Below, piece by piece: positions 21,059 to 29,189 of a stretch of 64,000 nt of DNA. Below the pieces are notes generated by a model, which had not been told where the DNA came from, did no database searches, and was given only the letters and a program-made list of their open reading frames with translations. The position numbers and the translations under genes were made by a program. Source of the stretch: Thermoanaerobaculia bacterium (lineage in GTDB: Bacteria; Acidobacteriota; Thermoanaerobaculia; UBA5066); the NCBI GenBank assembly GCA_963816185.1, contig CAWFJJ010000005.1, positions 160,001-224,000 of the forward strand. Direction: 5' to 3'. Position 1 is the first letter of the stretch. Every line of letters begins with the position of its first letter.

Positions 21059-21147
21059 AGCGGCTCCTTTCGAGGCGGGCGATCTGGTTGTGCAACATTC
21101 GGCTCTGGGCTCCTTTCGAGTTCCATTGCCTTACCGCCACCCGACCG

Positions 21148-21163
21148 AGCAACCCTTGTGCCC
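21148..21163 (-). promoter_or_regulatory. Sigma54 -24/-12 promoter for the dsrAB operon
   Basis: Minus strand GGGCACAAGGGTTGCT, near consensus. Confidence 0.8.
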
Positions 21164-21173
21164 GTATTCACAG
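21156..21173. promoter_or_regulatory. Rex-like operator overlapping the dsrA -24 element
   Basis: TTGTGCC-CGTA-TTCACAG vs Rex consensus TTGTGAA-N4-TTCACAA. Confidence 0.55.
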
Positions 21174-21256
21174 CCTCCGGCTATCGCCGCAATCGACTTG
21201 ATTGCAGACTGTTAGCGAGGCTCGGCGAAATGACGCCGAAGATACGGATCGACATC

Positions 21257-21272
21257 GTTACTCGACCGTAAC
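21257..21272. promoter_or_regulatory. Candidate enhancer (UAS) palindrome
   Basis: GTTAC-TCGACC-GTAAC about 94 bp upstream of the -24; related GTAAC-GGAAAC-GTAAC at 21348-21363. Confidence 0.55.
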
Positions 21273-21371
21273 AGGATTCTGAGGGGACGACTTCGCCTCA
21301 GCGAACTCGGAAGTCGGCCGAAGCGGCGTTTCAGAGGACGCGCTTCCGTAACGGAAACGTAACGCGCCGGG

Positions 21372-22985
21372 CTAGTGGAATTCCCACTCGATAAAGCCCG
21401 GCTTGACGTCGGCCATCGCGTTGACGATCAGCTCCACGAGGCCGCCGTAGAGGATTCGGCTCCGCTCGAACGCGTCGTAAGCGCGGATCAAGTCCCGGAA
21501 CTGTCCCTTGCAGTTGGAGCAAGGCGTGCAAATGTACTTGGGGATCGAGGGATCGAGCTCGCCGGCGAAGGCGTCGAGGACCTGCTTCATCTTGATCCGG
21601 CCGGAGACCAGCATCCGCCAGTTCGCGAAGTTGTTTCCGGACATGATGGCGAAACCGGAGCCGCCCCCGCAGCAGTAGTTATCCACGCCGTGCGGATGCA
21701 TCTCTCGGAAGCGCGGCGCGATCTTGCGCAGGATCCGGCGGGGCGGCTCGATGATCCCCATCGCGCGCGCGATGTTGCAGGGGTCGTGGAGCGTGACGGG
21801 GAAGTCGTTGCGCGAGGGGTCGAACTTGAGAACGCCCGAATCCACGATCGACTCCAGGAACGGCGCGAAGCTCTCCCGCGGGACGTTGGCCTCGCCGAGG
21901 AGGATCCGGTCCGCAACCACCGACAGCGCCTTGTGCGCGTGGCCGCACTCGCCGATCACGATCTTCTTGACCTTGAGCTTCCTTGCCACCTCGGCGTGCC
22001 TCAGAGCGACGCGGGCGAACTGCACGTCGTCGTACCACAGGCCGTAGTTGATCGCGTCGTAGGCGACGAGCTCCGAGGACAGGGTCCAGGAGATTCCGGC
22101 CTTCTGCATGATCACCGCGAAGGCTCCCGGGTTCTCGGGCCACGCCATGATCTCGCCCGCGTTGTGCATGAGCAGGACGTCGGCGCCCACCTTGTCCCAC
22201 GGCGTCTCCACCTTGAAACCGACCTTTTCGCTCATCTCCTCGTCGATGAACTGGATGTTGTCCTTGACGACGGCGGGCGTCATGCCGGTGGAGGATCCGG
22301 CCTTGAGCTGCAGAACCGACCCGTCGGCATGGGCCTCCTTGGCCGCGATCCCCAGCTCCTGGCTGAAGAGCTTGCGCAGCTCGTGCGTGACGAGTCCGTT
22401 GTCGACGCCGATCGGACACGCCTGGCAGCAGCGGCGGCAGAGGGTGCAGCGATACGCAAGCTCGGCGAGGCGCGCGAAGGTGTTCCAGTTCAGCTCCGGC
22501 GCGCCCGCGAGCGCGGCCTTGATCGGGTTGCCGCCCGGGCCGTAACGTGCCACGAGCCCGCGGAGGACGTCGGCCCTGTAGGTCGGCCGGTAGACCTCGT
22601 TCCGGCCGCTCGTCTCGAAGATCGGACAGGCCTCCGCGCAGGTCTGGCAATGCGTACAGTGGTCGAGCGTGAGCGTGAGCTGCTGGAGGAAGCCCCAGTT
22701 GTCCTCACGGCTGAGAAGCTTGTGAAGTCCGGCCTTGAGGCCTATCAGGAGGCGTCTTTCCTCCGCCGGATCGGCCGGCCGTTTGAGCGCGAGGGCCGAG
22801 ACGCCGTCCAGCGAAGCGTCGACGTCCCGCCGCTTCTCGGCGGTCAGCTCCTTCCACAAGAGGGCCGGGTCGTCGTGGTCGTAGGGAGGCGGCAAGGGAA
22901 GGATCCGCTCGAGGTCGATTGGCGAGAGGGTGTCGGCGTTCTTGGCGATGTCCCGGACGTTCGGGGTCGTGGGCGCGCTGGCCAT
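21372..22985 (-). CDS. dsrK2: Second DsrK-like Fe-S protein (DsrK2)
   Basis: CTHCQTCAEAC, CTLCRRCCQAC, GECGHAHK, LHDPCN, YCCGGGSG, CTPCSNC. Confidence 0.88.
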   Translation of the reverse strand: MASAPTTPNVRDIAKNADTLSPIDLERILPLPPPYDHDDPALLWKELTAEKRRDVDASLDGVSALALKRPADPAEERRLLIGLKAGLHKLLSREDNWGFLQQLTLTLDHCTHCQTCAEACPIFETSGRNEVYRPTYRADVLRGLVARYGPGGNPIKAALAGAPELNWNTFARLAELAYRCTLCRRCCQACPIGVDNGLVTHELRKLFSQELGIAAKEAHADGSVLQLKAGSSTGMTPAVVKDNIQFIDEEMSEKVGFKVETPWDKVGADVLLMHNAGEIMAWPENPGAFAVIMQKAGISWTLSSELVAYDAINYGLWYDDVQFARVALRHAEVARKLKVKKIVIGECGHAHKALSVVADRILLGEANVPRESFAPFLESIVDSGVLKFDPSRNDFPVTLHDPCNIARAMGIIEPPRRILRKIAPRFREMHPHGVDNYCCGGGSGFAIMSGNNFANWRMLVSGRIKMKQVLDAFAGELDPSIPKYICTPCSNCKGQFRDLIRAYDAFERSRILYGGLVELIVNAMADVKPGFIEWEFH

Positions 22986-22986
22986 G

Positions 22987-23892
22987 TTAGGAATCACCCT
23001 TCTCGCCCACGATGTCGGCCCACGTTCTTCGGCCGTCTCCCTTGATGTGCGGCGCCGACCAGGAGACTGGCAAAGTCAGCAGCTGCTGCACTTTCTTGTC
23101 GTACTTCCCTGCCAGGTTCGGGGCGTCGTCCCAGCGCACCGAGTGCCACGTGAAGTACTTGGCGAAGAAGTGGGTCATGTGGCTCCACGGCAGGTAGGCG
23201 AGAAAGAGGCCGAGGAGCAGCACCTGAGCGGCAAACCAGGCCGGGAGCGCGGCGACGGGCCGCAGGGTCACGAGCCCTCGAACGAACTTCGCGGCCACGG
23301 CAAGGTCCGGGTCCGCCCACAAGAGGCTTCCCCACGAAGCCAGGAAGACCGCAAGGAGAAGTACGAGATGGAGAAAGTCCGCCGGCGTGGATGCCCGGCG
23401 CAAGCCACGATTGGCGTAGCGCCGCACGAGCAGACCCGCGCACCCAAGTGTGGCCAGTGTGAGCCCCGCCCCGCACCACAGCGCCAGCGCGCGGCCCCCG
23501 CCGAGGCGGGCGAGCACGGGGACGTCGCGCACGAACGGGATCGCTCCGAGAAACAGGGCGCTCCCGAGCGCGAACAGAAGATAGAGGCCGTAGTGGAAGA
23601 GCAACGAAGGAAGCCAAAGAGAGGGGTTGCGCTCTCTCACCTGCTTCAGGGTCAGCACTTCCTCGGCGATGGTCTTCACCTCGCCCAGCTTCGACACCTC
23701 GCGGGGCTTCGTCCACCAATCGACTTCCTCGAAGTACGATCCGCCATAGGCCGCTTTACCTTTTTCGTGCGCCACGGGGTAAAGCTCCCAGCGCAGATGC
23801 ATCGGCATGCGGGCGTAGTGGATGGCCTTGAACAGGCAGCCCCCAACGAACCCGATCAGGGCGAGGGAGCCCAGAATCTGGACCAATCCCAT
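22987..23892 (-). CDS. dsrM2: Second DsrM-like/NarI-family cytochrome b (DsrM2)
   Basis: MPMHLRWELYPVAHE, GGSYFEE.DWW, LFHYG, YLPWSHMTH; RBS GAGGAG. Confidence 0.85.
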   Translation of the reverse strand: MGLVQILGSLALIGFVGGCLFKAIHYARMPMHLRWELYPVAHEKGKAAYGGSYFEEVDWWTKPREVSKLGEVKTIAEEVLTLKQVRERNPSLWLPSLLFHYGLYLLFALGSALFLGAIPFVRDVPVLARLGGGRALALWCGAGLTLATLGCAGLLVRRYANRGLRRASTPADFLHLVLLLAVFLASWGSLLWADPDLAVAAKFVRGLVTLRPVAALPAWFAAQVLLLGLFLAYLPWSHMTHFFAKYFTWHSVRWDDAPNLAGKYDKKVQQLLTLPVSWSAPHIKGDGRRTWADIVGEKGDS

Positions 23893-23937
23893 CGGGAACC
23901 CTCCTCGTCGGGCGAGAGCCCGGCGCCCGGGCAGCAT

Positions 23938-23952
23938 GACAGTTCCGTGCCA
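23938..23952 (-). promoter_or_regulatory. Possible sigma54 promoter for dsrM2K2 with non-canonical -12
   Basis: TGGCAC-GGAAC-TGTC: perfect -24, TC in place of GC. Confidence 0.35.
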
Positions 23953-24041
23953 TCGGGCTCCCCTCGAGACAAGTCCTTCTCCGGCCAGCCGAGCGCGTTC
24001 TCGCGGCGGTTCGGGCGGCGCGCACGTGGCCCATCTCACCC

Positions 24042-24074
24042 GTCACCACGCTGTAACCGTTCCCGAACGGTAAC
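24042..24074. promoter_or_regulatory. Tandem candidate enhancer sites between divergent dsrM2 and aprB
   Basis: GTCAC-CACGCT-GTAAC (24042-24057) and GTTCC-CGAACG-GTAAC (24059-24074). Confidence 0.55.
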
Positions 24075-24214
24075 AAGCTCGCTCAGGAGCGGCAACTCGC
24101 TCGGATGCAGGCAATTGAGCGGCAGGATGCGAAGAGGCGCCACCTGCCGCAGGCTGCGCGCGCAACGGTACCTCCATGCACCGCTTCTCTTTGTCCCAGA
24201 GTGGTTTACCTACC

Positions 24215-24232
24215 TTGTGAAATCTGGCACAT
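24215..24232. promoter_or_regulatory. Rex-like operator overlapping the aprB -24 element
   Basis: TTGTGAA-ATCT-GGCACAT. Confidence 0.55.
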
Positions 24233-24240
24233 GCCTTGCT
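24225..24240 (+). promoter_or_regulatory. Sigma54 -24/-12 promoter for aprBA-qmo-sat
   Basis: TGGCAC-ATGCC-TTGCT, perfect consensus. Confidence 0.85.
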
Positions 24241-24389
24241 CCTGAAGGCGCCAAAGAGCGCGACATGCTCTTCCAGGATCTGATCGGGAGGTGATGCCAC
24301 GAGCTGACCGGAACCCTGACCATGGCCCTTGGCGGACAAAGAGACACCCGCCGACCCCCGAAACTCTCGAGGCCTCAAGGAGGAAATGA

Positions 24390-24827
24390 ATGCCTAGTTT
24401 TGTGAACCCGGAGAAATGCGACGGGTGCAAGGCGCTCGACAAGACCGCCTGTCAGTACATCTGTCCGAATGACCTCATGGTCCTCAACAAGGACATCATG
24501 AAGGCATACAACCAAGAACCGGAGATGTGCTGGGAGTGCTACAACTGCGTCAAGATCTGCCCGACCCAGGCGATCGACGTGCGCGGCTACGCGGACTTCG
24601 TCCCCATGGGCGCGTCGGTGGTTCCCATGCGCTCCACCGACAGCATCATGTGGACGGTGAAGTTCCGCAACGGCACCGTCAAGCGTTTCAAGTTCCCCAC
24701 CCGCACCACCCCAGAGGGCCAGGCTCAGCCTCAGGGCGGATTCAACACGGAGCCCTCGCTCGACGGAACCGTTCTGTTCACGGAACCCGCTTCGCTCGGC
24801 CTGCCCGCCGTGTGGGCGAAGGCCTGA
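24390..24827 (+). CDS. aprB: APS reductase beta subunit
   Basis: CDGCKALDKTACQYICP, CWECYNCVKICP, RFKFP. Confidence 0.98.
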   Translation: MPSFVNPEKCDGCKALDKTACQYICPNDLMVLNKDIMKAYNQEPEMCWECYNCVKICPTQAIDVRGYADFVPMGASVVPMRSTDSIMWTVKFRNGTVKRFKFPTRTTPEGQAQPQGGFNTEPSLDGTVLFTEPASLGLPAVWAKA

Positions 24828-24837
24828 GGAGGCAGCC

Positions 24838-26745
24838 ATGGTCGAATTCAAAACCGTCCAGGTCGAAACCGACCTCCTCATTCTCGGTGGCGGAATGGCC
24901 GCTTGCGGCGCCGCCGTCGAGGCCGCGTTCTGGGCCAAGAAGCACGGACTCAAAGTGACCCTGGTGGACAAGGCGGCCGTAGACCGCTCCGGTGCCGTGG
25001 CCATGGGTCTCTCCGCCATCAATCAGTACGTCGGACTCAAGGATGGCCAGAACACCATCAAGGACTACGTGGACTACGTGCGCAACGACCTCATGGGCGT
25101 CACGCGTGAAGACCTCGTAGCCAACATCGCACGGCACGTCGACTCCTCCGTCCATCTCTTCGAGAAGTGGGGTCTGCCAATTTGGAAGGATGAGAAGGGC
25201 GCCTACGTCCACGAAGGCCGCTGGCAGCTCATGATCAACGGCGAGTCGTACAAGGTCATCGTGGCGGAGGCCGCCAAGAACGCGATCGGCAAGGAGAACA
25301 TCTACGAGCGCGTGTTCATCGTCGGCCCCATCATGGAGAACGGGCGCTGCGTCGGCGCGTACGGCTTCTCGGTGCGCGACAACACGTTCTACGTCTTCAA
25401 GGCGAAGGCCGTGCTCGCCGCCATGGGCGGCGCCGTCCACGTCTTCAAGCCGAGGTCTTCCGGCGAGGGTCAGGGCCGCGCTTGGTATCCGCCTTGGAAC
25501 GCCGGCGCCTCGGCCTACTTCACCCTCAAGGCCGGCGCCGAGATGACCTGCCAGGAAGTCCGCTTCATTCCGGTCCGCTTCAAGGACGCGTACGGCCCGG
25601 TGGGCGCCTGGTTCCTGCTCTTCAAGGCCCGCGCGACGAACGCGCTGGGCGAGAACTACATGGAGACGAACAAGCCCGAACTCGAGAACTGGGTGCCCTA
25701 CGGTCACGTCAAGCCGGTTCCCGCGAACCTGCGCAACTACCTGATGATGCTCGACGTGATGAAGGGCAAGGGCCCCATCTACATGCGGACCGAGGAGGCC
25801 ATTCAGAAGATCGCTGCCGGAGCCGGCGACGACAAGGCCGCGAAGAAGAAGCTCAAGGAGCTGGAGACCGAGGCATGGGAGGACTTCCTCGACATGACGA
25901 TCTCCCAGGCCATCCTTTGGGCCGCGACCAACGTGTCACCGCAGGACCAGCCGTCGGAGATCGCGGCCGCCGAGCCGTATTTCATCGGATCGCACTCGGG
26001 CGCCTCGGGCGCCTGGGTCAGCGGCCCCGAGGACCTCGCACCCAAGGAGTATTTCTGGGGTTACGAGAACATGTCCACCGTCAACGGCCTCTTCTGCGCC
26101 GGCGACGCCTCGGGCGCTTCCTCGCACAAGTTCTCTTCCGGCTCGCACGCGGAAGGGCGCATCGCGGCGAAGGCTGCCATTCGCTACATCACCAAGGAGA
26201 AAGTCTCTGCGCCTAAGCTGAGCGATGCGGACATCGACCGCCTGAAGGCGGAGGTCATCAAGCCGCTGCGCCAGTTCGAGGAGTTCAAGGGCGCGACCAC
26301 GCAGACGGACGTCAACCCCAATTACATCCTGCCGAACATGTTCCAGGCGAGGCTTCAGAAGCTCATGGACGAATACGCCGGCGGCGTGACGTCGCAGTTC
26401 ACCACCTCCGAGCAGCTGCTCAAGAGAGGGCTGGAGCTTCTGGCGTTTCTCAAGGAAGACGCGGCGAAGCTGGGTGCCCCCGACTTGCACGAGCTCATGC
26501 GGTGCTGGGAGAACGTTCACCGGATGTACCAGGCGGAGGCCCACGTCCGCTCGGTTCTCTTCCGCGAAGAGACCCGCTGGCCGGGCTACTACTTCCGCTC
26601 CGACAAGCCGAAGATCGACGAGAAGAACTGGCACGTGTTCGTGAACTGTCGCCTGAATCCGGCGACCGACTCGTGGGAGATGGCCAAACGGCCGATCGTC
26701 CACACTTTCGTCAAAGCCGCAGAGCGTGAGCTCCAGCCGGTCTGA
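24838..26745 (+). CDS. aprA: APS reductase alpha subunit
   Basis: GGGMAACG, RSGAVAMGLSAIN, WQLMINGESYK, HKFSSGS, ETRWPGYY. Confidence 0.98.
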   Translation: MVEFKTVQVETDLLILGGGMAACGAAVEAAFWAKKHGLKVTLVDKAAVDRSGAVAMGLSAINQYVGLKDGQNTIKDYVDYVRNDLMGVTREDLVANIARHVDSSVHLFEKWGLPIWKDEKGAYVHEGRWQLMINGESYKVIVAEAAKNAIGKENIYERVFIVGPIMENGRCVGAYGFSVRDNTFYVFKAKAVLAAMGGAVHVFKPRSSGEGQGRAWYPPWNAGASAYFTLKAGAEMTCQEVRFIPVRFKDAYGPVGAWFLLFKARATNALGENYMETNKPELENWVPYGHVKPVPANLRNYLMMLDVMKGKGPIYMRTEEAIQKIAAGAGDDKAAKKKLKELETEAWEDFLDMTISQAILWAATNVSPQDQPSEIAAAEPYFIGSHSGASGAWVSGPEDLAPKEYFWGYENMSTVNGLFCAGDASGASSHKFSSGSHAEGRIAAKAAIRYITKEKVSAPKLSDADIDRLKAEVIKPLRQFEEFKGATTQTDVNPNYILPNMFQARLQKLMDEYAGGVTSQFTTSEQLLKRGLELLAFLKEDAAKLGAPDLHELMRCWENVHRMYQAEAHVRSVLFREETRWPGYYFRSDKPKIDEKNWHVFVNCRLNPATDSWEMAKRPIVHTFVKAAERELQPV

Positions 26746-26757
26746 CCTGTCTTTCAC

Positions 26758-26794
26758 GGCTCCGGGCGCTGACGCGCGCCCGGAGCCCCTTTTT
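26758..26794 (+). terminator. Intrinsic terminator/attenuator after aprA
   Basis: GGCTCCGGGCGC/GCGCCCGGAGCC stem followed by CCTTTTT. Confidence 0.75.
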
Positions 26795-26809
26795 CAGCGC
26801 GAGGTGAGC

Positions 26810-27154
26810 ATGTCGCCGACCAAAGCCGTTCTGTCCTGTCCCCACTGTGGCCAGCCATTGCTTCCCTTCAGTCTTCCGGACGAGGCCGCTTTCGAGGCGC
26901 CGTTCCAGCTTGCATGCTTCAACGACGACTGCCCGTACTACACGCGGGGCTGGACGTGGATGGAAGCGCAGTTCGGCGTCAAGTCCTCTTACCGTTGCCG
27001 TGTCGATCCCATAACCGGAAAAGCTTCGCCAATCCCGGTCTGGTCCAAGAGCGCGCTGCGCGATCGCATCCTCGAGGCTGACGTCGGTGTCGCTCCGTGT
27101 GGCGAGTCCGACGTGAACCCCGCTCAAATTCAAGAGACAAGGAACGAGCTATGA
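26810..27154 (+). CDS. Small Cys-rich zinc-ribbon-like protein
   Basis: CPHC, CFNDDCPYYTRGW; RBS GAGGTG; ATGA overlap with next gene. Confidence 0.8.
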   Translation: MSPTKAVLSCPHCGQPLLPFSLPDEAAFEAPFQLACFNDDCPYYTRGWTWMEAQFGVKSSYRCRVDPITGKASPIPVWSKSALRDRILEADVGVAPCGESDVNPAQIQETRNEL

Positions 27155-27939
27155 GCACAGAGACCTGCACGGTGTCCGAGGCGGTCCACGAGCAGCGGCA
27201 TCTCGCCGAGGGCGAGCAGTTTCGTTTTGGCTGCAACCCGAGCGTCGCCTGCTTCAACCGCTGCTGCGCCGACGTGAACATCCTTCTCACCCCGGTCGAC
27301 GTCCTGAGGCTGGCGCGCCGGCTTCACCTCACGACCCGCGAGTTCCTCGACCGGCATACCCTCACGCCGATCACGAAAGAGCTTCACCTTCCCGTCGTCA
27401 TCATGCGGATGCGGGAGGAGGCCGAGAAGCGCTGCGAATTCGTCGGGGAGAACGGCTGCACCGTGTACGAGGACCGCCCCTGGGCGTGTCGCATGTACCC
27501 GCTCGGGATGGCATTGCCGCCGGCGCGGGCCGGGGTCGAGCCGACGCCGGTCTCGTTTCTCTTCGAAGACGACTTCTGCCTCGGCCGCGAGCAAGCCCAG
27601 ATCTGGACGGCGGCCACCTGGCGAAAGGACCAGCGGGCGGAGGAGCAGGAGGAGGTCGAGGCGGGTTTTCGGGACCTGGTCTCACACCCCTGGTTCATCG
27701 GCGGAAGGCAGCTCGACCCGAAGCGGATGGAGATGTTCTTCCTCGCATGCTACGACCTCGACACGTTCCGTCGCCTCGTGCTCGGCTCGAGCTTCCGCGA
27801 TCGCTTCGTGCTCGAGCCTGATCTCGTCGAGCGCCTCAAGAGCGACGACCTCGAGCTTCTGCGGTTCGCCTTCCGCTGGCTCCGTTTCGCCCTCTTCGCG
27901 GAGCCTACGATGACGGTGCGGGAGAAAGGCAAGTCATGA
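27151..27939 (+). CDS. YkgJ/CxxCxxCC-family Fe-S/Zn cluster protein
   Basis: C-x5-CFNRCC, GCTVYEDRPWACRMYP. Confidence 0.88.
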   Translation: MSTETCTVSEAVHEQRHLAEGEQFRFGCNPSVACFNRCCADVNILLTPVDVLRLARRLHLTTREFLDRHTLTPITKELHLPVVIMRMREEAEKRCEFVGENGCTVYEDRPWACRMYPLGMALPPARAGVEPTPVSFLFEDDFCLGREQAQIWTAATWRKDQRAEEQEEVEAGFRDLVSHPWFIGGRQLDPKRMEMFFLACYDLDTFRRLVLGSSFRDRFVLEPDLVERLKSDDLELLRFAFRWLRFALFAEPTMTVREKGKS

Positions 27940-29189
27940 CCGCACGGCATCATCGGCCGCTGCTGGTCGTCGGGGCCGGCATCGCCGGCGTCACCGCCGC
28001 CCTCGAGGCGTCCGAAGCCGGCCGGGACGTCGTCCTGGTGGAGCGGGACGCCGCGGTGGGCGGCCGCGTCCTTCGCAACCACCACTACTTTCCCAAGCTC
28101 TGTCCGCCGTCCTGCGGGATGGAGATCAACACCCGCAGGCTGGAGCGCAATCCCCGCGTGCGGGTCCTGACCGAGTGCGAGGTGACGAAGGCGTCGCCTT
28201 CCGACGGCGGCTGGCGCGTCACGCTGACGCGCGCCCCGGCCTTCATCGCCGATCAGTGCACCGCGTGCGGCGCCTGCAGCGAGGTCTGTCCGGCCCAGGT
28301 GGCGGATCCGTTCAACCTCGGGATGGCGAAGGTGCCGGCGGTGCGCCTGCCGTTTCCAAGCGCCTGGCCTCGTCGTTTCGTCCTCGATCGCGCGGCCTGT
28401 CCTCCGACCTGCCGGGCGTGCGTGGACGCATGCAAGTACGCGGCGATCGACCTCGAAGCAAAGGAGCGCGAAGAGACGCTCGACGTGGGCGGGGTCGTCA
28501 TCGCCACGGGCTGGAGCCCCTATCCGTTGGAGAAGCTTCCCGAGCTGGGCGGAGGGGTGTTTCCGGACGTGATCTCGAACGTGCAGATGGAGCGGCTCGC
28601 GGCCCACTCGGGTCCGACGCAAGGCCGGATCGTGCGCCCCTCCGACGGGCAGTCGCCCAAGCGCGTGGCGTTCGTCCAGTGCGCCGGCTCGCGGGACGTC
28701 CATCACCTGCCGTATTGCTCCGCCGTCTGCTGTCTGGCCTCCCTCAAGCAGGCCTTGTACGTCCGCGAGGAGCTCCCCGCGACCGAAGTGGACATCTATT
28801 ACATCGACCGCCGTACCCCCGGTCGCAACGAGGAGATGCTCCGCCGGGTCGCGGCGACGAAAGGCGTGAACCTGATCAAGGGAAAGGTGGGCAAGGTGGA
28901 GCGCGGCGAAGGCGGGGTCCTCCGCCTGCGGGTGGAGGACGTCGCGAACGGCCGCCTTCTTTCTGCCGAGGCCGAGCTGGTCGTGCTCGCGACCGGCATG
29001 GTACCCGGCCTCGCCGGCGACTCTCTCCCGTTCCCCGTGTCCCGGGACGAGGACGGCTTCGGCCTCGACAGCCCGGAGTCGGGGCTGACCGTGGCCGGAG
29101 TGGCCCGGCGACCCGAGGACGTCGCGGCGTCCGTGCGGGACGCCACCGGGGCGGCGGCGAAGGCCCTCGTGGCGGGAAGGTGGGCGTGA
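27936..29189 (+). CDS. qmoA: QmoA (HdrA-like)
   Basis: YFPKLCPPSCG, QCAGSRD, YCSAVCC. Confidence 0.93.
   Translation: MTARHHRPLLVVGAGIAGVTAALEASEAGRDVVLVERDAAVGGRVLRNHHYFPKLCPPSCGMEINTRRLERNPRVRVLTECEVTKASPSDGGWRVTLTRAPAFIADQCTACGACSEVCPAQVADPFNLGMAKVPAVRLPFPSAWPRRFVLDRAACPPTCRACVDACKYAAIDLEAKEREETLDVGGVVIATGWSPYPLEKLPELGGGVFPDVISNVQMERLAAHSGPTQGRIVRPSDGQSPKRVAFVQCAGSRDVHHLPYCSAVCCLASLKQALYVREELPATEVDIYYIDRRTPGRNEEMLRRVAATKGVNLIKGKVGKVERGEGGVLRLRVEDVANGRLLSAEAELVVLATGMVPGLAGDSLPFPVSRDEDGFGLDSPESGLTVAGVARRPEDVAASVRDATGAAAKALVAGRWA

Noticed and set aside
28175-29188. N-terminal extension making QmoB 1086 aa
   Set aside because: Overlaps qmoA in another frame; real start is the ATG at 29189 in a TGATG overlap
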